Source: an uncultured Verrucomicrobiota bacterium
GTDB taxonomy: Bacteria; Verrucomicrobiota; Kiritimatiellia; CAIVKH01
Assembly: GCA_937873455.1 (NCBI GenBank)
Contig: CALMYG010000002.1
Coordinates: 11,325-75,324 of the forward strand
Direction: 5' to 3'
Length of the DNA stretch: 64,000 nt
Positions within the stretch are counted from its first letter, which is position 1. Each line of letters starts with the position of its first letter. Below, piece by piece: positions 33,070 to 42,800 of the stretch. The translations under genes and the position numbers were made by a program. Under the pieces are notes generated by a model. That model saw only the letters and a list, made by a program, of their open reading frames with translations, did not search any database and was not told where the DNA came from.

Positions 33070-33777
33070 TTGATATCACCGATCACCGTGACGGATCAAC
33101 CACCCCAATCGAGCCGTGAAATCGCGGTGTTCATCAGCGGGCGGGAATCGACGTGCGATGAATGCGGTCAGTCACTCGGCGCTCACGCCTGGATCACCGT
33201 GCGCGAAGGCAAGGCGGCGTGCCTTTCCTGCTCCGACCTTGATCATCTGGTGTTCCTGGCGTCGGGCAATGCCGCGCTGACGCGGCGCGCAAAAAAACAC
33301 TCCAAGCTGTCCGCCGTTGTGTTGAAGTGGAGCAAGGCCCGGAAACGCTACGAGCGGCAGGGGCATCTGGTGGAAAACGAAGCGCTCGAACGGGCGGAAA
33401 GCGAGTGCGAGGCCGACGCCGGGGAGCGGGAAGTCCGGCGCGCCCGGGAGGTCCTGCGCCGCGCAGAAATCGACCAGATCTATGTGCGCGCCTTCGCGGA
33501 AAAAGTCCGCGCGCTTTATCCCTCCTGTCCGGCCAAGCGGGAGTTTTTCATCGCCGAACACGCCTGCCGGAAATACAGCGGGCGGGTCGGGCGCACGGCT
33601 ATGGCCAAGGAGCTGGATGAAAAAGCCGTGCGCCTCGCCATGCGCGCCCATATCCGGCATGAGGAAACCGGATACGACACGATCCTTTCGCGCGGAACCG
33701 ACCGCCACGAAGCCCGCGACCGGGTGGCAGATGCGATCGATGACGTTGAACGCGCGTGGAGCGGCCCCGCTGCGTAG
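33070..33777 (+). CDS. Conserved hypothetical protein with N-terminal zinc-ribbon (DUF2293-like)
   Basis: CDECGQSL...CLSC zinc ribbon; C-terminal HIRHEETGYD motif as I recall it for the DUF2293 family. Confidence 0.55.
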   Translation: MISPITVTDQPPQSSREIAVFISGRESTCDECGQSLGAHAWITVREGKAACLSCSDLDHLVFLASGNAALTRRAKKHSKLSAVVLKWSKARKRYERQGHLVENEALERAESECEADAGEREVRRAREVLRRAEIDQIYVRAFAEKVRALYPSCPAKREFFIAEHACRKYSGRVGRTAMAKELDEKAVRLAMRAHIRHEETGYDTILSRGTDRHEARDRVADAIDDVERAWSGPAA

Positions 33778-33868
33778 TGCGTCATGATCAGCCTCGGCAT
33801 TCAGGCAGGGGCGCCGTTCTTTGGTGTACACGGTCAGGCCAGACCATAGTTGGCTCTCGCCCCCCCGC

Positions 33869-34444
33869 TCACACCTTCAAGCGCGCGAGGACTTCGGGGG
33901 TGCCGTCACGCAGGAGGATGATCAGCACCTCGCCTTCGGCGGGAAAAACATCGGCGATGGCGGTGATGTTGACTTGATGGGTGACCAAAACCAAGGGCTG
34001 GTCACCCGCCCACCCGGCAAGAAATGACATCAGCGCAGCGGTTTGTTCCGCTTCGCGGCGGGGGGCGGCAAAGAAGGAGTTGAGCGCGGGCAACAGCTCG
34101 ACGAGACCAAGGCCGAGAAGTTCCGCCGTCTCCAGGCAGCGGCACCATTGACTGCTGTAGACCCGGGCGTGAACGATGCCGTTGGCCCGCAACAGATCCC
34201 CGATCCGCCGAGCCTGATCGCGACCGGCATCAGACAGATTCCGCTGCGTCGCGCAATCGTCCAACTGGAAACCTGCCGGATCGCCGGTTCCGGGTGCACG
34301 GGCATGGCGCAGGATCACGGCGGCCCGTCCTTCACGAACCAGCCGCCACGCCTCCCCATCCGTATCCGCAGCAAACGCTGACCCGGCTGAAAGCGCCAGC
34401 GCGCAGGAGCCAAACCAACGAAGCATGCATCTTTTCCACCACAT
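33869..34444 (-). CDS. Secreted histidine phosphatase superfamily protein (phosphoglycerate-mutase-like)
   Basis: Signal peptide, then a VILRHARAP RHG-like motif with a downstream His. Confidence 0.65.
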   Translation of the reverse strand: MWWKRCMLRWFGSCALALSAGSAFAADTDGEAWRLVREGRAAVILRHARAPGTGDPAGFQLDDCATQRNLSDAGRDQARRIGDLLRANGIVHARVYSSQWCRCLETAELLGLGLVELLPALNSFFAAPRREAEQTAALMSFLAGWAGDQPLVLVTHQVNITAIADVFPAEGEVLIILLRDGTPEVLARLKV

Positions 34445-34505
34445 GCCCCAAAATACCCCAATCCGCCGCTTTTGCGATGGATGAGCCCAGGTTGCCCGGC
34501 GAAAC

Positions 34506-34557
34506 GTTCCAAGGTTTGGAACTTTTGGGGGCTTGATTTTCCGAACCTTGGAACTTT
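34506..34557. repeat. Two copies of the GTTCCAAGGTTTGGAAC-type palindromic element followed by T-runs
   Basis: gttccaaggtttggaactttt and ttccgaaccttggaacttttt. The 16-mer TTCCAAGGTTTGGAAC is identical to the minus-strand reading of 6331-6346. Confidence 0.45.
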
Positions 34558-34576
34558 TTACCCGCGGGATGTTGCG

Positions 34577-37150
34577 TTATGGCACGGGATCCATGGTGAC
34601 CCGGATGCGAATGGCATTAAGCGGATGTTGGATTTCGTATGTGAATAGATTGCGCGGAGGGGTGGCAGGAACATTGCTGGCCAAGACGCTCCAGACTCCG
34701 GCGGTGAGATCGTGGCTTTGGTAGAGGGTGTACAATCGACCGGTTACGCTGGGCCACTCCAGATCAAACATTGCCCCGGGAGTCTTCTCGCTCCAGTCCA
34801 GGACAAAGAAGGAGGCCGGGTCGAGCGGCGAGGTCCCAGCAATGTATTCTTCCCACGCGGCGAAGCCGTCGCCATCGTAATCGGTCAGGGCCGCGATCTC
34901 GGGCGGGTCGTTGGTCAGGCCCTGGTCGGCAAGCCAGGAAAAGGGCACGCCTTGCGTGGTGCGTTGCGGGCGGAAATAGGCGCGGACCAGCACGTCGGCC
35001 TCAACCGGGCCAAGCGTGAGCAGGTAACTGGTTTGACCGCGGGCCTCCGGCACTTCCGCTCCGGCAATATCGACGCGATCAATTTCGTGGAAGGCGGCCG
35101 CCACCACGGCAACCGTTGCTTGACCCAAAGGATCAACCGCCTGCCATGAGGGCTCGACTAGTCCTTCGGATTCGGCGACCGCTTCCACGGCGAACCAGAC
35201 TCCATTCAGGTGATTGGTTACCAAAAGCTGGGCGCCATCGGTTGCGGCCACGTCGAGCATGCCGGCATGTTGCCAGAAGAGTTCGGCGGGAATAACCACG
35301 GGATCAGATAACAACGCAGCCGACGTGGTAAGCATGATGTCCACGTGAAGGTGGGTGGCCGTCGGAGAGACGGCGAGAAGGAGTTCGTCCGCCCGGTAAT
35401 AGACCTCGGCGGTTTGAGACGTTGCCGCCTGGATGGACCAATCCGCCGGCAGGTTCAACCGGATTCCAACCGAACCCGGTACATCCCCGGCGGGATAGGC
35501 GCCGGTAATGACCACCGGGAGCGGTTGCCCGCGCAGGTAAGGTCCGGCCGGTTCGAGCACGATGGGAAGAGGCGCGAAGGTGTAGGCCCCGAGGTCGGGC
35601 GGCGTGCCGGCGATCACGCGCGGCAGGCCAGCCAGGTCCTGCCGTCCGGCCAGCCAGGGGACATTGGTGGCAGCACCCACCCCGGGCGAGACGGCGTGAA
35701 GCCGATAATCGCCGATGCCAGCGTTCAGGTATTGCGGTATTCCCGTAACCATGTTGGTTGCACTTACCGAAGGCGGCAAAAGGTCATCCAGCAGACTAAA
35801 TCCAATGGAATTGCCGATTTTACCGGCAGTAACACCGATGCCACCACCGGGGTTTTCATTTATGATAGAGTTTATCAATCTTGACTGATCGCCACCAAAC
35901 AAGACTCCGCCGGCGCTGGGCGCAGTATTGTTGCGGACGATTCCGTGCCAGAGGTCGGCAAAGTTTCCGAATGCCACCCCGCCGCCGGCGAAACCGGCTT
36001 GATTCCAGGCAATTAGCGCGCTTTGTACGCGGCGAATGTTGTCAATGAGCATTCCGCCGCCGCTGTGGTTGGCGCTGTTGCTAATGACCGTGATGGCGTC
36101 TATCTCAACGTTGTTGCCCCAATATACGGCCATACCACCTCCGTAACCGGCCCGGTTGTGGCGAATGGAGCACCGCATGACGCGGCTTGACTGGCTATGC
36201 ATCAGGGCGATTCCGCCGCCGCTTCCGAACGGCAATGCGGTATTGTTTACCGCGATGACATCGGAAATTTCGCGAAACGCCAAACCGAGTAGGCCGCCTC
36301 CAGCACGCTGCTGAAGGTTGGTGGCGCTCAAGCCGCCGGCGGCGCCGTCGCGTACGGTGAAACCACGCAAGATGGCTTGAGGATGATTTAAAATAATACC
36401 GCGCACCACCGGATTCGTGGCGCCCCGGATACTCGTTGCTACCGGCCCCCCCACACTGACGATAGACACGGGTTTTTCCACCACCACGCGTGCTGCTCCA
36501 GCGGTGTGGGAAACGATCCCGCTATCGTAACTTCCTGGCCAGACAAGAATAACGGCATGGTCACCGGCGACATCCACCGCGGCCTGGATGGTGGTAGCAG
36601 CGGTGGCTTCGGAGGTAAAGGGTGGCGTTGGATTGGTGCTGGCGGCGTTGACGTAATGAACGGAAGCGGAAGCGGTAAGCGCGGAATCAACCGCATAGCG
36701 ATAAGGCCAGTTTGGTAGAAATCGCGGACCGGAGGATGTGAGCGCCTGGCGATAGTCTTTGCTTTGCCGTAGAGCGCCTTCCCGGACGATCTCCGGGAGG
36801 GTTATCGACCAAAACGGCGCTTCGACATCAGCGCTATGCCGTACGCCCTCGCCACTTTCCGTACCGGGTTGGTAGCCATGATCGGTTTCGGAGTTGATCC
36901 GGTAAGCTCCAGCCTGCCAGAGTGCGATGACTTCATTGAATTCCGGGGACGAGAGCTCGCCATCCGTAATGTTGAAGTCCGCCGAGGCCCTGGGCAGCAG
37001 AGCGAGTGGTTGAGGAAGATCAGCGACCGGAAATGCGGCGAAAGCGCGCAGCGGGAAGCTGCCCGCAAGCACCATGAGCATGCCGATACCGGCCGAAAGG
37101 ATTCCCGCGGCCCGTTTCCGGCAAATCGAATGATGTCCCCAAATACCCAT
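34577..37150 (-). CDS. Secreted parallel beta-helix (pectate-lyase-fold) repeat protein with C-terminal Ca-binding dockerin-like motif
   Basis: Signal peptide, beta-helix cap (VHYVNAASTNP...TIQAAVDVAGDHAVILVWPGSYDSG), and repeated NxxGGG rungs. C-terminal TDYDGDGFAAWEEYIAGTSPLDPAS. Confidence 0.75.
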   Translation of the reverse strand: MGIWGHHSICRKRAAGILSAGIGMLMVLAGSFPLRAFAAFPVADLPQPLALLPRASADFNITDGELSSPEFNEVIALWQAGAYRINSETDHGYQPGTESGEGVRHSADVEAPFWSITLPEIVREGALRQSKDYRQALTSSGPRFLPNWPYRYAVDSALTASASVHYVNAASTNPTPPFTSEATAATTIQAAVDVAGDHAVILVWPGSYDSGIVSHTAGAARVVVEKPVSIVSVGGPVATSIRGATNPVVRGIILNHPQAILRGFTVRDGAAGGLSATNLQQRAGGGLLGLAFREISDVIAVNNTALPFGSGGGIALMHSQSSRVMRCSIRHNRAGYGGGMAVYWGNNVEIDAITVISNSANHSGGGMLIDNIRRVQSALIAWNQAGFAGGGVAFGNFADLWHGIVRNNTAPSAGGVLFGGDQSRLINSIINENPGGGIGVTAGKIGNSIGFSLLDDLLPPSVSATNMVTGIPQYLNAGIGDYRLHAVSPGVGAATNVPWLAGRQDLAGLPRVIAGTPPDLGAYTFAPLPIVLEPAGPYLRGQPLPVVITGAYPAGDVPGSVGIRLNLPADWSIQAATSQTAEVYYRADELLLAVSPTATHLHVDIMLTTSAALLSDPVVIPAELFWQHAGMLDVAATDGAQLLVTNHLNGVWFAVEAVAESEGLVEPSWQAVDPLGQATVAVVAAAFHEIDRVDIAGAEVPEARGQTSYLLTLGPVEADVLVRAYFRPQRTTQGVPFSWLADQGLTNDPPEIAALTDYDGDGFAAWEEYIAGTSPLDPASFFVLDWSEKTPGAMFDLEWPSVTGRLYTLYQSHDLTAGVWSVLASNVPATPPRNLFTYEIQHPLNAIRIRVTMDPVP

Positions 37151-37198
37151 ACCTGCTATTTAAGCAGGTTATGTGCCACCCTGCGCGGGGGTGAGCAT

Positions 37199-39874
37199 TT
37201 ACGGCTGGTTCACGCCGACCTCCCCGCCAAGCTCGAGTTCGCCTTGGGCATCATCCGGTAGGGTGAGATCAAAATAAAACCGCGTGTGTCCGGAGGACAA
37301 ATCGCCGCCGATAAATATGGTGTCGCCTTGCACCGACGGTTCGGCGTCACCCCACGCGCGATGAATTGACCATCCCGGGGGAAGCAGCGCGCGCCACCAG
37401 ATTTGGGTGAGCGTTCCCGACGGTTCGTACCAGACATCGCATTCAATCACCGAGGACATACGGCCGGCGGCCCGGTAACCACGGCTGGCTTGCCGGGCCT
37501 GGAGGCGCGACCACTGCCAGGTGATGGTTGAGTCCCCGGTGATCATGAAGCTGGTTTCCCGTGCGCTACCGGATGCGGGAGCACTGCCGGTTCCGGTCCA
37601 ACCTACGCATACATACTGGTTGGTTCCGATCCAGACGGATCCTTGCTCGACCCGGCTGGTGATGGTCACGCTGTCGTCGATGACCAGGTTGCCGATGCCG
37701 GGGTAGGCGTTGCCGTACAATGATTGTATGGTCACGGTATGAACGCGCACAAATTCAGCGACCACGGACACGCCGCCGGAAACCGGAAGGATGATCGTGT
37801 TGCCGATGATATCCGCCCCGGCGAGATCACCGCTCCATTGTCCGAACCGCCAACCGGGATCGGCGACGGCGGTGATTTCGACCGTTGCACCGGCGGCGAA
37901 CCAGCCGCCGGTGGTGGTAAGGTTACCGCCGGCGCCGGCCGAGGCTTGCACCGGATACAGCGGCTCGATCAGGAATGGATCGGGCGATAGCGGGGTGAAG
38001 GCGACGTCCTCCATGCCGCTGGCCATCCAACCGGCAACCACCGTCAACGCCGCACTGCCCACGGCGTTGCTGGGCGCCCGCAAGGTGACCACGACTTCCG
38101 CGGTGTTACTCAGGTTTCCCATTGTCACATACCCCTGACCGTCCGGCGAAAATTCAAGCGCCGGGTTTGCCTGCAGATCAACCAGCATCCACCCGGCAGG
38201 AGGGTTCACCGAGATTCCATAGGCCAGCAACCGCCGCGTTGCCGGAAAATCGATGGCTACGGTGATTTCGACGTCTTCTCCGGGAATATAAAATGCCGGC
38301 GTGGCCTGCAGGCTCGGGGACTCCCACTCAAACGCGCCGAGATCAGGGCGGGGACCGGCGATCCGCGGCGCACCGTCCGCATCGGTGAAAGTGGTCATCC
38401 ACGATGCCCACTCGCCCTGGTTGATGGTCGGTGAGGAGGGATGTTTCCGGTAATTACCGCCGGCGGCGTTGGCGAAAACCGGCGCATCCTGGACATTGCT
38501 GACCACGGTGATTGCGGTTGCCGGATAGGTGGCGGCGAAGCTGAAACGCAGGGAATTATTGGAGAATGCCGCGCGAATATCCTTGCCCTGATTGTCGGTG
38601 ATGATGCTGTTGCGCACGGAATTCAGTTGCCCGTTGTAGCTGATTCCGGCGCCGGAATTCTCCGAGGAATTTTCGACCACGGTGGAAAACCACAATTCGC
38701 AGTTATTGCCGAGCACGACGCCACCGCCATGATCGTCGGCATGATTACCCTGTACGATGAGATTATAGGCGCGGGCGTTGTCGATCAGCATGCCGCCACC
38801 CAACATCGAGGCGTGGTTCCCGGCAAGCACGGCATGGCGCAGCATGGTGCCGCCCCCGGAGAAAACCGCCAGTCCGCCACCGGCGTAGGCGCGATTATCA
38901 CGAACATGATTGTATTCCACCACCCCGTTCATGCCGCTGATCAGCGCCCCACCCCCGTTGCCGAACGGCAACGCCGAGCAGCCGTGTATGACGTTATCCG
39001 CCACCCGGTCGGCCGCCAGAACGAGCAGTCCCCCGCCATCGCGTTCACTTAACGATGGACTGGCGCCGCGGCTGGCGGCTCGGCGAATGGTAAAGCCCTG
39101 GAATACCGCCTGGGGGTGTTGGATGAAGACACCGCGAATCCATGCGTTGGTGCTGCCTTCGATCATGGTTTCATCAGGACCATGCATGCTGGCCAACACC
39201 ACGCCGGCGGTGAGCGCCACCCGGCTGAGGCCGTATTGGTTGGAAACCATGCCGGAAGCGTACATGCCGCGATCCACCAAAATCAGATCACCCGGTTCGG
39301 CCAAGGCTACGGCGTCCTGAATGGTCACGGCGGCGGTCTGCAGCGTGGTAAACGGTGGAACGGGATTGGTTGATTGCGCGGCGACATAACGCGTCGTTCC
39401 GGCGGTCGACCCCGCTGCGGGAGCTTGGTACACGCGGGCGTCCACCACCGGAGTGAATCCATCCACGGTGTTGGGATCGTAGCGGTACGACTGGGCGCGA
39501 TGGAGACCGGAAAAGCGGAGCATTTCCTCATAACCAATCGACCAACTGGACCCGGAGTAGTCCGCGGAATGCCGCAATCCGTTGGTTGGGCCGGCCCCCG
39601 GCTGATAGCCATCGACGGCATTGGGATCGAGGCCATAGTTACCAGCACGCCACAGATCGGCCACCCGGTTGAATTCACCCGGCTCAAACGCAAACGGCTC
39701 ACCCGCGGTATCCGCGCTGTGGCGTGGCAACAACACCAGCGGGTCGGGTTGCACCTGGATGAATTCAGCCCGGGCGATGGCGCTTAGGGCGACGACCACC
39801 AGGAGCGCGGTGATTCCGGGCCGGAAATGCACGGCTTGGAGGGCGCATGACCTATCGTTTAGAAAATTATTCAT
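37199..39874 (-). CDS. Secreted parallel beta-helix protein with InlB-B-repeat-like C-terminal domains
   Basis: Start trimmed to the ATG at 39874 (signal peptide MNNFLNDRSCALQAVHFRPGITALLVVVALSAIARA, RBS GGAGG). Beta-helix cap YVAAQSTNPVPPF...; C-terminal DPGWRFGQWSGD repeats. Confidence 0.75.
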   Translation of the reverse strand: MNNFLNDRSCALQAVHFRPGITALLVVVALSAIARAEFIQVQPDPLVLLPRHSADTAGEPFAFEPGEFNRVADLWRAGNYGLDPNAVDGYQPGAGPTNGLRHSADYSGSSWSIGYEEMLRFSGLHRAQSYRYDPNTVDGFTPVVDARVYQAPAAGSTAGTTRYVAAQSTNPVPPFTTLQTAAVTIQDAVALAEPGDLILVDRGMYASGMVSNQYGLSRVALTAGVVLASMHGPDETMIEGSTNAWIRGVFIQHPQAVFQGFTIRRAASRGASPSLSERDGGGLLVLAADRVADNVIHGCSALPFGNGGGALISGMNGVVEYNHVRDNRAYAGGGLAVFSGGGTMLRHAVLAGNHASMLGGGMLIDNARAYNLIVQGNHADDHGGGVVLGNNCELWFSTVVENSSENSGAGISYNGQLNSVRNSIITDNQGKDIRAAFSNNSLRFSFAATYPATAITVVSNVQDAPVFANAAGGNYRKHPSSPTINQGEWASWMTTFTDADGAPRIAGPRPDLGAFEWESPSLQATPAFYIPGEDVEITVAIDFPATRRLLAYGISVNPPAGWMLVDLQANPALEFSPDGQGYVTMGNLSNTAEVVVTLRAPSNAVGSAALTVVAGWMASGMEDVAFTPLSPDPFLIEPLYPVQASAGAGGNLTTTGGWFAAGATVEITAVADPGWRFGQWSGDLAGADIIGNTIILPVSGGVSVVAEFVRVHTVTIQSLYGNAYPGIGNLVIDDSVTITSRVEQGSVWIGTNQYVCVGWTGTGSAPASGSARETSFMITGDSTITWQWSRLQARQASRGYRAAGRMSSVIECDVWYEPSGTLTQIWWRALLPPGWSIHRAWGDAEPSVQGDTIFIGGDLSSGHTRFYFDLTLPDDAQGELELGGEVGVNQP

Positions 39875-39896
39875 GGTATCATCCTCCGGCAATTGA

Positions 39897-42800
39897 TCAC
39901 CAGGATTGCTCCGGTTCATCGTGAAACGCATTGACACCGACAGTGGCTTGAATAGCCACGGGCCCCCGGGTGTCCGGTGGCCACAGGATATCCATTTCAA
40001 ACGAGGCCTCGCCGCTGTCGAGCTGCTCCAGCAGCAGGATGGCGCCCCCGGGGTGCATGGCCGGCGCGTGTGCGCCGCGGACCGCGACCACGCTCGCACC
40101 ATCAGGCAGAACAGGTTTGTACCAGATGCGATCAAGAACGCCTGACGTCTCGTAGGTGATGGTGACCAGGATCGTGCTGCGCACGTCGCCTTGCACGCGG
40201 GCGCCGCGCGAGGCATGGCGCGCTTCCAGCGCGCACCAGCGCCAGGCGATGGAGGTGTCTTCGTCCATCAGCACGGTAAATGCCCGCGCGGTGCCGCGCA
40301 CGGGCAAGCGGCCCGAACCAACCCAGTCGGCCACGACATGGGTGCGGCCTTCGTTGGTGACGACGGCGCGGGCGGAAAGCGCCATGATTTCGCCGCGATC
40401 CATGACATAGGTCATGGGGGGCGGCAGCACGCCGGCGCGGTCGGACTCCACGGTGAGGGTGACCAACTGAACAAAATCGGCCTGGACATTCCGGTCGCGG
40501 TTCATCAGCACATTGATTGAGCCGTTGGCGTTGGTGATGGCGTTGTGCGTGTCACCGATCCATCCGCGGAAGCGCCAGCCGGGGTCGGCCTGGGCGGTGA
40601 TGGTTACCATCTGATTATGGATGGTCCAGCCGTTAGGCAAGGTGGTGGTCATCTGACCGGAGCCGCTAGGTTGTGCATTCAGCCATTTGTAGTGGTTAAC
40701 CACAAGAGGGGCGGCGGCGCCGGACCACGCGAAGGTTTCCGACCCTTTGATCAGGGTGGCGGCAACCGCTGCGGTTACGGTACGCGCGTGGGTTGCTCCG
40801 GGATCCACCCGGATAAGCGCCGTGATAAAAGCATCACCGAGCAACAACGGTTGCGTGGGCAGGATCTGATTACCGTTGATCGGGATGGATTCACCGGCCC
40901 GGCTGGCCCCGATCAGCTCCCACCCGGACGGCAGGGTCACGGTAACATTGGAAACCGCCAGTTGGCGGTCGGCCGCCCAGATCAGCCGGATATTAAGCGG
41001 GTTGGTTGCTCCGGCGATGTAGCCGTTCATCAGGGATTCGATCCAGATTTTGCGCCAGAATTCATACGCGCCGATATCGACGAAAGGGCCGGCTACCCGC
41101 GCGTTGCCGTCCATGTCCGGCGTATCACGCAACCATGAAAGCGTCTGGCCCATATCCAGGGCGGGGGAATTCGCGGTCAGCCGGAAGTTGCCGGCGGCGG
41201 CATTTTCATACTGCGGGTTGACATTCAGCACCTGAATGACGGACCAGTGCGCGGGCAAGGCGTGGGGCAAAATGGATTGGCGAACGGTGTGGACGAGGTG
41301 GTTACTGACCGCTTTGATCCCGGGCGGCGTGTTGGACCAGGCGATGGAGCTGATGATACTCGCTTCGGCGCCCACCAAGGCAAAGGCGCCGCCTTCAGGC
41401 GCGGAGTTGCGCTCCACGGTGACATTGCGGATGATGGCGTTGTTGCCCAAAGCGATGCCGCCACCCATGATCTCCGCGCGATTGGACCAGGCCACGGCGC
41501 TGCTGAATCGGGAACAATTGTCCACCACAAAACCGCCACCATTATTTAAAGCATGATTGTTGAACGCGAGCAGGCGGTGGGCGACGGCGTTCGTTCCCCA
41601 CAAAATGGCCAGCCCGCCGCCGGAAAAGGCCTGGTTGTCGTGAAATACGCAATCGGTGATCGTTCCTTGGGCGTACCATAGTGCCGCGCCCCCGCCCTTG
41701 CCGTTGGGCGTCGCGGTATTCCCGGTAAATACACAGCGCTCAATGCGCGCCATGTCATTCGCCAGAAGCCCGCCCCCATAGGACCGTTCCACCGGGAACC
41801 CCTGCACGCGGCCGTTTCGGATGGTAAAGCCGCGTATAATCGCCTGTGTATGGACCATCAGCACCCCGCGCACCGAAACCGGGCCGCCAGGACGGTGCCC
41901 CCAAATCGTGGTGACCTCCGGTCCTTCGCTGCTTTCCAAGGTAATTCCTTTGTCCAGAATAACGCGGGAGAATCCGAATAGATGGTCACGGCCACCTTCT
42001 TGATAAAGACCCGGACCCACCAACACCGTGTCGCCATCCGATGCCGCATCCACGGCGTCCATGATCACGTGTGCGGCCGTTTCCCATGAGGTGTAGGGAT
42101 AAAGCGGATTCGGCGAGTTGGTGGAAACGTAATGAATGGGGGTTTCGCCGGAATGGATGCGCGATGTGACGGAGTGAAAAACGCCCCAGGCATTCGTTAC
42201 CGAGATGACGATGTAGTTTTGCCCGGTACGCATGCCGGTAATAGCGGCCGACCAGGATGCGCCCGCCGCGCTAACCGCTCCGGAAGCGACGACTTCGCCG
42301 GCGTAAAGACAAACCCAGGGAAGAAACCCGGCGACATGAACGTTCTGCGTACCGGAAAGGGTAAAAAAGCTTTCAATGATATCGGCGTCCGGCGCATTCG
42401 TTATGCCAACCCATGGACGCCCCGTCCCGATTCCGCCGCGCTGGAGGGTGCAGGTATCGTAGGCCGGGGTGCCGTTCCAGTTGGTCGCGGTGATGGTAAT
42501 TTCGTGGGCGACGAGCGGCTCGGGCGTAAAATCCGCGACCCGCCACTGCGTGGAAGACAGACGAACCACGGGGTATCGGGTGGTTACCGTTGATGGCAAC
42601 GCCACGACATCGGCCCAAAGATCGCCGACTACATTTGCATTGTTCACCCCGCGCACTTCAAAGGCGTCATACGCCACCCATCCACAAGCCGTCGTGATGG
42701 TCACCGATGGCGCAATCGCCCCGGCGGAGCCATCGAATTCAAAGCAGCCGATGTCCACGCGATCGAACAACACCCGTGGATTCCCCTCGTGATCGCCGGA

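Noticed and set aside
39875-40216. N-terminal 114 codons of track ORF 37199-40216
   Set aside because: Would overlap the upstream 1494-aa gene by 320 nt. A signal peptide and a GGAGG RBS support the internal start at 39874.
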